The position numbers were made by a program, and so were the translations under genes. Of a DNA stretch of 64,000 nucleotides, positions 19,403-30,088 are shown in pieces. The notes beneath the pieces were generated by a model, which made no database searches, was not told where the DNA came from, and worked only from the letters and a program-made list of their open reading frames with translations. This stretch comes from Histomonas meleagridis 2922-C6/04-290x (lineage: Eukaryota > Protista > Parabasalia). Each line of letters begins with the position of its first letter. Positions within the stretch are counted from its first letter, which is position 1. The DNA lies in NCBI GenBank assembly GCA_020184695.1, contig JAANOX010000075.1:62001-126000 (forward strand), read 5' to 3'.

Positions 19403-22400
19403 ATGGAAACAAGTTCAAGTGATCAAAATATTATTGCGCAAATATTAACAGACCTCAAGCATATAATTTTTAATTTGACTGAAAAAAATTTTGATTTATC
19501 TATACAACAAACAATGAACTTGTTTGATTCAAATTCACCATATTCTTTCGATGTTATAATATGTATTTTTGTTTTATCTGCATTTTCATCACTTAGGAAT
19601 GAAAGCGATATATATATTCGCTATTTACAATCAATCCAATCCAAAGAAGAAGAGCTAAACAAAGATAATCCAAAAATCATCGAAATATTTATTAAATATA
19701 TTGCTCAACTTCAAACACAAGAAGCATATTATTTCCTTGAACAGATGATTACTCATAATTTTGTTGATTCAAGTATTACTAAAAACATGGATACTAATTA
19801 TTTCATACATTATCGCTCAAAAAGTGTAACAGATATTAATAGTGTTTCTTATAAAGATGTTTATGCTTTATCATTTTTAGAAAACTTTTCAAAAATATCA
19901 ATGAATGATTTTGAATTGCATAGGAAATATGTTAAAATAGGACATAATCCAAGTGAAATTGGAGAAATAATTCGAAATGATGAAATAGAAAAACTTCAAG
20001 AATTATCATCACAAGAAGACTTTGATATTAATCAAATAATAGAACCATCACTTTATGAAAGATGTTCATTTATTAATCAAAATAATGTTTCGTTAATTGA
20101 TTATGCAGCATTTTTTTCAGCAGTTAAATGTTTTAAATATTTACTTATGAAAAATGCAAATGTAAATAAAACAGGAAAATATGCAGTTGCAGGTGGAAAT
20201 GATGAAATCATTCATTTATGTGAACAACATCATTCATCATTTGAAGGTGCATATGAAGCAGCAATTAAATTCCACCGAAATGATCTTTTTTATTATATTT
20301 ACGAAAATAATTTAGAAGAATTTGATGGATTTGTTCAACCAAATCCACGAATGAATAGAAATACTGATCAATTTTTACGCTTGATTATGAATAATCATAT
20401 TCATGGAACTAACTTTTTGCAATTAATGGAAAATCTAAATCCTTTGGATAACAATCAAATTCCGCAGAATTTAAATGATAAAATAATTAATAAATTAGTT
20501 GATGAATGTATTCACAATGGAAATTATGAAATCCTCTTATTTTTGGAAGATAAAGAAATAGAAATTAAAGAATCAATTATCAATGAAACAGCAAAATTTG
20601 GTAATTTATATCTTATCAAACATTTCCTTCAAAAAAATACAATACCAAAAAATATTTTGTTGTTTGCAACACAATCAGGAAATAATGAACTTGTACAATT
20701 TATACTTGAACAAAAAGATTTTGAAATTGATTTAAATATAAAAGAAATTTCTTTTATTAATTTGATATTTAATGAAAATATTTGGAAATTATTTAGATCA
20801 TTTAAAACGCCACTTATGATTGCGACTGAAAAAGGTTATGAGAAAATAGTTAAATTACTTCTTGAGCAAAACGGAATTGAAATAAATGTTAAAGATATTT
20901 ATTAATTTAATTTCACATTTTTTTGAATATTTTGATGTTTTGATATATTATTCGGAAACTATTTATATCATTTAATACATTACTAATTAAAGCATCTATA
21001 AAAGGTAATATTGAAATAATTAAAATGCTTCTTGAACAAGAAGGAATTGATATTAATGCCAAAAATGTTAATTTATTATGTTCAATGTTTATGAAAGAAT
21101 TTTGATGTTTTAATAAAATGTTTAAAATTTGTTCAAATTATTTTATACAGCACTTATGAAAGCATCTGAAAATGGGCATATAGAAATAGTTAAATTACTT
21201 CTTAAACAAAATGGAATTGAAATCAATATTAAAAATATTAATTAATTTCATATAAATTTGATTTTATTATTTTGCAATTTCAAAAGAAAATTTGGAAATT
21301 ATTAAAATGATTTGAAACAGCATATATATTGGCAACTAAATGTGGTTATATTGAAATAGCTAAATTACTTCATGAACTTGGAAACAATGATATCAATTTC
21401 AAAACTATTTTATCATTTTAATTGAAGTTTATTTTAATGATTTGGTATTTCAACTGAAATTTTGGAAAAACAACACTTATGTTGGCATCAAGAAATGGAC
21501 ATTTAGATGTAGTTAAATTTCTTCTTAAACAAGGAGGATTTGATATTAATGAAAAAGATGTTCATTAATTTCATTTAAAAATTATTTATTTAATTTGCCA
21601 TTTCAAAATAATATTTGGTGTTTGTTTGGGTTGTTTTGGACAGCACTTATGTTAGCATCAGCTAATGGTCATTATGAAATAGTTAAGTTATTACTTGAAC
21701 AAAAGGGAATTAATATTAATTATCAAGTTTATTTATTTTATTTAATGATAATTTAAAAAATTTTATATTTTATAATAAAAAATGGAATTTATTTTAAATA
21801 TTTGAAACAGCACTTATAGAGGCAGTAAAATGTAATAGCAGTGATATTGTTAAATTACTTCTTAAACAAGAAGGAATTGATATTAATGCTAAAGATGTTT
21901 ATCTGCTTTATTTATTATTTATTTCAATAATTTTATGTTTCAAAATGATATTTGGAATATAATAAAAAAATTTATTACAGCACTTATGATAGCATCTAAA
22001 AAAGGATTTTTAGATATTGTTAAAATGCTTATTGAACAAAAAGGAATTAATGTTAATGATAAAGATATTTATGGTATTTTCATAATTTATTTAATACTGC
22101 ATTTTTATATTCATGTGGAAATGGCCACACGGAAATAGTGAAATTACTTCTTCAACAAAAAGGAACTAATGTAAATGATAAAAAAATTTATTTATTTTAT
22201 TTTCTGATATTATAAAATATTATATGGGAATTATTAAAAATATTTTCTACAGCTTTAATGAATGCATCTAAGTTCGGTTATATAGAAATAGTTAAATTAC
22301 TTCTTGAACAAGAAGGAATTAATATTAATGCAAAAAAAATTTATTTGTTAAATTTGATATTTATTATAATAATTTGATATTTTAAAGTAATATTTGGAAA

Positions 22401-23603
22401 TTATTTGAATTGTTTTATTCAGCATTGATATTAGCATCTTTAAATGGTTATGCAGAAATAGTTAAATTACTTCTTGAACAAGAAGGAATTGATATTAATG
22501 CTAAAGAAATTTATTTGTTTTATTTGATATTTATTTTAATAATTTGATATTACAAAATAATATTTGGAAATTATTCAGATTATTTAATACAGCACTTATT
22601 TTGGCATCTCAATGTGGTCATACAGAAATAGTTAAATTACTTCTTGAACAAGAAGGAATTAATATTAATGCTCAAACAGTTTATGTAAATTATTTTATTT
22701 TTGTTTCATTGATATAGTATTTTATTATAATGTTTGGTGTTAATTTAAATTATTTTGGAATACATTAATGTTTGCATGTTCAGCTGGAAATAATGAAATA
22801 GTTGAGTTAATTCTTGAACATAAAGGAATTGATATTAATGCTAAAAATATTATTTTGTTAAATTTAATGTTTATCTTAAAAATTCGAAATTTAAAATATA
22901 TATTTGGAATGTATTTGAATTATTTCAAACAGCATTAATGCTTGCATCATATGCAAATCGTTTGAAAGCAGTTAAATTGCTTCTTGAACAAGAAGGAATT
23001 GATATTAATGCTAAAGATAATATTCGTTTTAAAGACATAATATTTTATAAATGAATTTGATAATTATTTTCATCTTTTGAAACAGCATTTATGATAACAT
23101 CTAAAAATGGTAATATCGATATAATTAAATTACTTCTTGAAAAAGAAGGAATTGATATTAATGCTAAAAACAACAAAGGAATGACAGCAATTTTACTTGC
23201 AGCTGATTTTGGCATGAAAAATATGGTTGATTTTCTTTCTACAATAGAAGGAATCGAATATGATAAAGAAAAAGCAGACAAACTAATTCTCAACCCACAA
23301 CAAAAACATCTTCGCCGTAATCTAAGAAATGTTATTTTCAATAAAGTTGACCATTGTTCAGCTGAACAAACGGGTAGAGATTATCTAAATGATAGAAGTT
23401 ATTTCTTATGCTTAACATGCAAAATTCTTCCTCCTTACTCCATATGTAGAGAATGTGCAAGGGTTTGTCACAAAGGTCATCACATGATGGAAATAGAACT
23501 GACAAATAATCAAGGATTCTTTTGTGATTGTGGTGTTGGCGATTGTGTTTTAGAATGTAAGCTAATGCATACACATAAACACAAAAAGGAAACAGATGAA
23601 TAA
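19403..23603 (+). CDS. DUF3447-type + ~16 ankyrin repeats + C-terminal UBR-type zinc finger; 53 x 17-nt inserts; reconstructed 1,099 aa
   Basis: 4201 nt minus 53x17 (901) = 3300 nt = 1100 codons. Manual translation finds no stop before TAA 23601-23603. C-terminus CSAEQTG...FLCLTC...SICRECARVCHKGH...FFCDCG. Confidence 0.85.
20744..23183 (+). repeat. Ankyrin array with 17-nt inserts; hairpin linkers of 83, 80, 66, 63, 32 and 15 nt
   Basis: 16 linkers counted by hand; each parses as codons plus n x 17 nt (n = 0, 1, 3 or 4). Confidence 0.92.
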
Positions 23604-23700
23604 AAATTAAAGTCTAATATTAATACACATTCTTAGATGTATAAATTAATTTGATGTTAAAAGTATAAAAATGAAAAGATATTATGAGAAAAAAACTTGT

Positions 23701-24426
23701 TTATTCGTATGTCACCTGTTTTGAAACACGGCCAGAAAGAAGAACTACTTCTTTAGCTTGTTCTTTTTTCTCAACCACTTTAGGTTTAGTCTTCTTCTCT
23801 GGACGAGAAATCTTCTTCCTTTTAACTGTCTTTTCAGGTGCAATTGTCTTAAGTCCTTGAGCTGAAAATGCATATGAATTTTTCTTTGCTTTCAAGAGTT
23901 TCTTTTCATGAAGAGATTCAAGAGTCTTCTTGGTTCTCTTTGGAATGAATTGGGGTAATCCCTCATCCATATAATCCTGTAGATATTGTTTGATTTTCTG
24001 ATAACTAATGTATTTGTTGTCTTCTGTTGTAAGATTAAAGATTGCCTCACTAACCCACTTAACATAAATGCTTCTATTTTCCTTCTTTTCAGTCTTTTGC
24101 TTTGTTGACTTCTTTGACTTTGTTGATTTCTCTGTAGTTTTCTTGGTTGGCTTTGTGGCTTTCTTCACCATCTTCTTTGTAGTTGTTTTCTTGGTTGTAG
24201 CTTTCTTTGAACCATCTTTCTTTGTACTAGTTTTCTTTGGGCTTGCTTTCTTTTTATCAGTTGTTGTTGTTTTCTTCTTTGTAGTTGTGGCCTTCTTATC
24301 ATTTGTCTTCTTTTTTGGAACGACTTTCTTTTTGGTTTCAGTCTTCTTTGTTGTAGTTTTCTTGACTTTCTTTTCTTCTTCCTTTTCCTCTTTGGCTACA
24401 GTATCTTTCTTTTTCTGTTCAGACAT
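23701..24426 (-). CDS. Linker histone H1-like protein
   Basis: Lys/Thr-rich N-terminal arm, winged-helix-like core (SIYVKWVSEAI...ISYQKIKQYL...KKTLESLHEKKLLKAKKNSYAFS), basic C-tail. Confidence 0.7.
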   Translation of the reverse strand: MSEQKKKDTVAKEEKEEEKKVKKTTTKKTETKKKVVPKKKTNDKKATTTKKKTTTTDKKKASPKKTSTKKDGSKKATTKKTTTKKMVKKATKPTKKTTEKSTKSKKSTKQKTEKKENRSIYVKWVSEAIFNLTTEDNKYISYQKIKQYLQDYMDEGLPQFIPKRTKKTLESLHEKKLLKAKKNSYAFSAQGLKTIAPEKTVKRKKISRPEKKTKPKVVEKKEQAKEVVLLSGRVSKQVTYE

Positions 24427-24678
24427 TTATGTGAACTGAAAAAGCGCGCCTTTTTTCCCCGCCGATTTTATGTTCGAATTAATTGAAAAATGAAATAAAC
24501 CTCTGTGAATTTGATAGATAAAATAATGTCTATTTACTCCTCATATTTTTGTTTACTCAAATCAAAAGGAATAATATTCAAATATCGAAAAATACAACAC
24601 ATTTCCCAAAGATGATAATATGAAATAAGTCCAGAAAAATACATTTCTAAAACAAAGAAAGTAACAAACATGTTTAAC

Positions 24679-25119
24679 TTACCAAAGGCAAAAAAGAAAA
24701 AACATTATCCAAAATATCAGAAAAAAAAATATCCCATAAAGAAGCAAATTGTTTTTGCGTTTGGGGTAAGGATATTTTGGAAAAGAACTCTGTGAAAAAT
24801 GAACTCTATTATTGGGCTTCAATACCTTATTATTTTTCTTTAAGATTGACTGCGGAATAAATCCAATACTATTTGTTGGAGATGGTGTTGTCTGATTTAA
24901 AGCAACTTTATTTGGAGGTGTTTTTAAAGGCGTCTGTGTATTGATTTCATTTTGTTTTTTAAGATATTCATTTCTGTATTTAGTCAAAGCAGATACCATT
25001 TTTTGTCTTGTAACCTTACCACTTATCTTTATGTTCTTCTCTTGGCATACCTTTTGAAGTGAAATAGCTGTATTTTTATTAAGAATTTTCCAATTTATAC
25101 CTCCGCCTAAATCCATCAT
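24679..25119 (-). CDS. Tail-anchored protein with N-terminal SAP/HeH-like motif
   Basis: SLQKVCQEKNIKISGKVTRQKMVSAL helix-extension-helix pattern; C-terminal TM LLLYGIFFFLIFWIMFFLFCLW. Confidence 0.5.
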   Translation of the reverse strand: MMDLGGGINWKILNKNTAISLQKVCQEKNIKISGKVTRQKMVSALTKYRNEYLKKQNEINTQTPLKTPPNKVALNQTTPSPTNSIGFIPQSILKKNNKVLKPNNRVHFSQSSFPKYPYPKRKNNLLLYGIFFFLIFWIMFFLFCLW

Positions 25120-25176
25120 TTGGGTTAAACGTACAAAAATTAAGAAACAAAAAATTTCACATCACATTTCATACCA

Positions 25177-26385
25177 ATGATTTGCACAGGCGACATTCAA
25201 GATCTTCTAAATATCAGAGATTTAACTCTTACAATTAACAAGAAGCAATACAAATTCAACAGCTATACATTAAAAGCATTTTCTAACATATTTAAAACTG
25301 ATATCACTCAAACAGAATTCAACATTAAAACCACACCAGAAGCAATCAACTTAGTGACTGACTTCCTTAGTTTCAAGGAGGTAGATTTTAAAGAACATGC
25401 AATGGAATGCCTTGTTATTGCTGCAACATTCGATATACCTGTTTTATGCAAACATTTATTTTCTTTTGTTGAAGAAACAACAACTAAGAGAAACTTTATG
25501 GATAGATATAGGGTTCTTTCAAATTATCCAAATTATTGTTTACCTCTTATTTCGTTCCTTATAAAAAATCATGACTTTTTCATTAACTTTCCAGAAATGC
25601 CACCATTTGGATTTGTTAAAGCTCTCTTAACTCCATTGAAAGGCAAATCACCATTTGAATCAGAAGATGAAAAGCTTTCATTTATTTTAAATCTTAAACC
25701 TTTCGATGACAGTGCATATATATCCCTTATTAAGTTTGTTGATTTTTCCAAACTTTCCATTAATTCCATTAATGATTTTTTCAAACATCAAAATTTTGAA
25801 CAGTTTTTAGAATACATACAACCAGAGTCCCTTCAGAATGCTGTTGCTTCCAAATTTAAGATGTTTTTAGAAAAATATTGGGTAGTTTCACATATATTGA
25901 AATCAGAACGAGAAAAATTCGAAATAAAATTAGCAGAAGCAAACAGTAAAGTAATTGAGTTTGAAGATTTACAAATTAAAATTAGAGTACAAGAAGAAAC
26001 TCTTCAAAAGATATTAAACAGCTTAAATGACTTCAAAGGGGAAATAATTGCCCTTAACGAGACCGTTAACGAATCCAAAAACTTTACAAAGAAATTTTCT
26101 CAATTTGATGAAAATATCAATAATTCAATCAGCCAGCTCATTGACTTCCAAGAAAATGGTGAACCGAACACTGGAAGAAGAGTAATTGTTCGAACAATTA
26201 GATATGTTTCAAAAAGGATCAATAATTATTTTGTATATGAAACTCCTGCAATCAAAATTTTAAAAGAAATTAAAGAAAGCTTCCATCAGCTTGTTAATTT
26301 ATATCAATCAACAATACCAAATACTGATTTCAATGTTCTTTTAGAGCAAATTGAAACAATCGAAAAAGTTATTCAGACGCTTTGA
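25177..26385 (+). CDS. BTB/POZ-like domain + coiled-coil protein
   Basis: DLTLTINKKQYKFNSYTLKAFSNIF...FLSFKEVDF...CLVIAATFDIPVL pattern; C-terminal heptads. Confidence 0.65.
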   Translation: MICTGDIQDLLNIRDLTLTINKKQYKFNSYTLKAFSNIFKTDITQTEFNIKTTPEAINLVTDFLSFKEVDFKEHAMECLVIAATFDIPVLCKHLFSFVEETTTKRNFMDRYRVLSNYPNYCLPLISFLIKNHDFFINFPEMPPFGFVKALLTPLKGKSPFESEDEKLSFILNLKPFDDSAYISLIKFVDFSKLSINSINDFFKHQNFEQFLEYIQPESLQNAVASKFKMFLEKYWVVSHILKSEREKFEIKLAEANSKVIEFEDLQIKIRVQEETLQKILNSLNDFKGEIIALNETVNESKNFTKKFSQFDENINNSISQLIDFQENGEPNTGRRVIVRTIRYVSKRINNYFVYETPAIKILKEIKESFHQLVNLYQSTIPNTDFNVLLEQIETIEKVIQTL

Positions 26386-26832
26386 ACATGCCTTTGTTTG
26401 TTGTGATTAAATGTTAACTTTTTCTGCAAAATCGATTTTTCAAAATTTTAATCAAATTTCCAAAAATTGGATTTTTTGGTCAGAAAGTGTTTGTATTAAG
26501 TAGTAAACAGTGATTTAATTTAAGATTTTTTTAAGGTTTTAACTATTTTGATCAAAACTATTTTCCCTTTTTTCTTCTTAAACTTAAATAGTTATACCAC
26601 AATAATGGGTATATAGTAAAGCTTGATATCTATAGGATATATAAGTTGCTTTTTAAATTGAGATTTTAATCAATTATTAATACATTATTTGAAAATATTT
26701 TTCTTGATTTTTTAAAAATCATTATATCTCATTATGATATAACCTTGATTATTATCAATATAGTATGAACATTTTTAGATGAGTTAATGAAATAGTTTTT
26801 TTCTATTTAACGAACGTTTATTAAATAGAAAA

Positions 26833-28026
26833 ATGTTTTTTGCTTTGTTGGTTCATGATATATTTTCTTATATAATTCATGGTGTAGATCCAAAGCTAAA
26901 ACAAATGTATGACTCCGCGATTGATGAAGAAAAAGGTACATTTATATGTTTTGATAAATCAAGAGTTATCTCGTTATTAAAATTAAATGATAATTACAGA
27001 GATTGCGATGATGGATCAGATGAGCCAGAGACTCCAGAAGGAAAATTGTCTGATTTTTATTGTGCCAATGATGGCTACATTCCAAATTACATTCCAAGAT
27101 GGAGTATAAATGATGGTATTTGTGATTGTTGTGATGGGTCTGATGAAATTCATAATCCAAGAGCAAACTGTTCAAATATTTGTAGTAATCTTGAAAGTCA
27201 AAGAAAAAAAATGATCAAAGAATTTACAGATTCATATCAAGAAGGCATAAACCAACTAAAAAAGCTTAAAAGAGAGGGCTCAAAAGAGCTATCATCCTTT
27301 AAAAAGCAAAAGAGGAAAATAAAATCGGAAATATCTTCAACCAAAAATCGAATCAAGCAACTTGAAGCAATGAAGAAGCGTTTATCCTCCAAGCCAACTC
27401 CAACCCCAACGCCAAATCCCTCCAATGAAACAACAGAAAATCAAAATGATTCCACATCAAACCAAAATAACAGCACATCAATTATCAAGGACATAATCAT
27501 TCGCGTTTGGCGTCTGACTTTCTTTGTTAGCATTGAAGATGACCCAACACAAGAAATCGAATCTGATAATTTAGATAACGAACTTTCGTCACTTAAATCT
27601 AAACTTAGCGAACTCGAAAGCAAAGAGCGAAACATTAAAGACAAAGACAAAGCTTTTTCCTCGAAAGTTCCACTTCAATATCTTTCACTCTATGACCAAG
27701 AATTCACATGCGAAGGCTCCAAACTTCGCTTCATGAACAACATTCAACAAGGCTCAACGGACATTGGAAGGTTCAAAGACTATGAAAACGAAACTTTATT
27801 CTTTGAAGATGGACAATATTGTTGGCAAACGCGGAGTGGAAGGAAGACAGAAATGCATTTGATGTGTTGGAAGGAAAGTAAACTGGTGAAAGCTGTGGAA
27901 GAGGAAACATGTAAATACAACGCATTGTTTATATCGCCACTTGTATGTAGTGAAAAGGATATAAAGAAGTTGGAGAACATGGATGTGAAGCAACTTTCTC
28001 AATTGAGAGATCAATTAGGCTTATAA
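26833..28026 (+). CDS. PRKCSH: Glucosidase II beta subunit-like (PRKCSH family)
   Basis: LNDNYRDCDDGSDEP...FYCANDGYIP...INDGICDCCDGSDE, coiled coil, and MRH-type FEDGQYCWQ..RKTEMHLMCW..VEEETCKY. Confidence 0.9.
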   Translation: MFFALLVHDIFSYIIHGVDPKLKQMYDSAIDEEKGTFICFDKSRVISLLKLNDNYRDCDDGSDEPETPEGKLSDFYCANDGYIPNYIPRWSINDGICDCCDGSDEIHNPRANCSNICSNLESQRKKMIKEFTDSYQEGINQLKKLKREGSKELSSFKKQKRKIKSEISSTKNRIKQLEAMKKRLSSKPTPTPTPNPSNETTENQNDSTSNQNNSTSIIKDIIIRVWRLTFFVSIEDDPTQEIESDNLDNELSSLKSKLSELESKERNIKDKDKAFSSKVPLQYLSLYDQEFTCEGSKLRFMNNIQQGSTDIGRFKDYENETLFFEDGQYCWQTRSGRKTEMHLMCWKESKLVKAVEEETCKYNALFISPLVCSEKDIKKLENMDVKQLSQLRDQLGL

Positions 28027-28275
28027 ATGTATTTGGATATAATAAATATTTACAAATTGTTTATGGTAACTTTAAGTATATGAAAGAGATCTTCTCCAAA
28101 TTCAGATGCTAACACATTTGCAAACATTGCTCCGACAATGAAAATATTTTCTGGTTGAAATTTACTTACACTAAAAAAAATAAAAAAAATTGCAGTTTTT
28201 TTGATAAATTATCGAACAGTGTTTTCAATAGGTATTTGCTAACGTTCTTAAAAATCATTTGATTGAGTGGTTTAC

Positions 28276-28893
28276 TCAGCAGCACTTTTTCTTTTTATCT
28301 TGATTATTATCTTCCTTAAGATCTACTCGCTTAACCGGATCATCAATTGGATCTTGTGGTTGTCTTGTTTTCAAATATTTTTCTGCTAAATTTTCGAAAA
28401 GTGCATCAATTCCGTCGCCTGATAAAGCACTTGTTTCAAAGTATTCAACATCCGTTAATTCTTCTGCTTTGTCGTTTCCTTCGTCAAATGATACTTTGCG
28501 ATCATCTAAATCGTTCATATTCCCGCATAATACAATAATAGCATTTTCATTTATGGACGTAACTTCTTCATACCATTTGCTAACTGAACTAAAAGAACTT
28601 CTGCTGATTGGTTTTTCTGGATTTGGATCTCCAACAGCAAAAACAATAATAACAATAGAAGCATCTCTATAATACATTGGTGTAAGTGTCCTATACTCTT
28701 CTTGTCCGGCTGTATCCCAAATTGCTAAATTAACTTTTTGTCCGTGAACATTTAATGATTTTGTCAAAATATCTGCCCCAATTGTTGACTCAGCAGGAGA
28801 ATATGCACCCTTTACGTAGCGCAACGTGATTGCTGTTTTTCCAACGGCAGAATCTCCGACGAGAACAACCTTCGCTGTTGCTTCTGACGCCAT
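28276..28893 (-). CDS. Rab-family GTPase (Rab5/21-like)
   Basis: GDSAVGKT, STIGAD, WDTAGQE, GNMND, ETSA; C-terminal CC. Confidence 0.92.
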   Translation of the reverse strand: MASEATAKVVLVGDSAVGKTAITLRYVKGAYSPAESTIGADILTKSLNVHGQKVNLAIWDTAGQEEYRTLTPMYYRDASIVIIVFAVGDPNPEKPISRSSFSSVSKWYEEVTSINENAIIVLCGNMNDLDDRKVSFDEGNDKAEELTDVEYFETSALSGDGIDALFENLAEKYLKTRQPQDPIDDPVKRVDLKEDNNQDKKKKCC

Positions 28894-29485
28894 TTGAAAC
28901 TTTAATGCATTAACCGTTGGGAAATCAAAAAGTCGATTTCAAATAAAATAAACAATTCAATTACCAAACCAATCTTTGGCATAAGTTGCAAAACAGAAAT
29001 TGGAAATTTCTAAGATCCAGAAAATCGATAAACTTTACCAAAAGTTCGTGAACAATAAAAAAATATGAAGCAATTTAGTATTTTCAAATACTAAGGATAA
29101 ACCATAACAATGTTGTATCTTTTTTTTTTCATTAGTAAGATATTACGTACAAAAGATTTTATGGTTTCTGGGTAACCAGCATGCCTAGCAGCATATTGCT
29201 TGAAAATTAAATAATTTTGAAGAAACAAGCTCAGATGAATCTAAGCGGTTTTTTAATTTTAACCGATCGTTTTTCTCTGATTTCCAACAGCGTTGTTATA
29301 AAATGACGATATACATTCAAACAGGCCAACCTCTGAAAAACTGTCAAATTGAACGAATTCCTATGAAAAAATAACTGTAGAAATTTGGATGAGTTCATAA
29401 ACCATACAAAAGTCTGCGCTTTTAAGGTTTTGCATTGAATGACAAAAAAAATTCAGAATTAATTTCTTCAGAAACCTTTACCAGA

Positions 29486-30088
29486 TTAGCAGGTGCAATT
29501 TGGCTCAGAATCCTTCTTCTGAGGTGCTTCATCAATTGCAGGAAGATCACTTTCTTTACGTTGTTGAATTGTTCCTTCTTTGACTCTCCTTAAGATTCCC
29601 ATTCCAAGACGAGCAAATGCTTCTTCAACGTTTGTTCCATCCTTTGCAGATGTTTCCAAGTAAATAAGGTTGTGACGTTTTGCATATTCTTCACCTTCGG
29701 TTTCGACTATTTGACGATCTTCAAGATCTTTCTTGTTACCAACAAGAATAATATATGTGTTTTGAGTACATAGTGCGTTGAGATCGTTGATCCAGGTATC
29801 GAGTTCATCGAATGATTGTCTAGATGTTAAATCGAAAACGAGGATTGCGCCAACAGCATTTCTGAAATAAGCTTTAGAGACAGAACGGAAGCGTTCCTGA
29901 CCAGCTGTGTCCCAAATTTGAAGCTTTACTGACTCATCGTCTGCTTGAATGGTGTATGATTTAAATTCAACACCAATTGTTGGTTGACCATCTTCTCTGA
30001 AAGTCTTGTTCACGAGTTGATTGACAAGGGCTGTTTTTCCAACACCTGAAGATCCAACAACAACAATCTTGAAGCCATTCGAACTCAT
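29486..30088 (-). CDS. Rab-family GTPase
   Basis: Probable start MSSNGFKIVVVG at 30088; GSSGVGKT, PTIGVEF, WDTAGQERFRS, GNKKD, ETSAK; C-terminal CxC. Confidence 0.93.
   Translation of the reverse strand: MSSNGFKIVVVGSSGVGKTALVNQLVNKTFREDGQPTIGVEFKSYTIQADDESVKLQIWDTAGQERFRSVSKAYFRNAVGAILVFDLTSRQSFDELDTWINDLNALCTQNTYIILVGNKKDLEDRQIVETEGEEYAKRHNLIYLETSAKDGTNVEEAFARLGMGILRRVKEGTIQQRKESDLPAIDEAPQKKDSEPNCTC

Noticed and set aside
24068-24439. 123-aa very hydrophobic ORF
   Set aside because: Antisense shadow of the Lys/Thr-rich H1-like gene.
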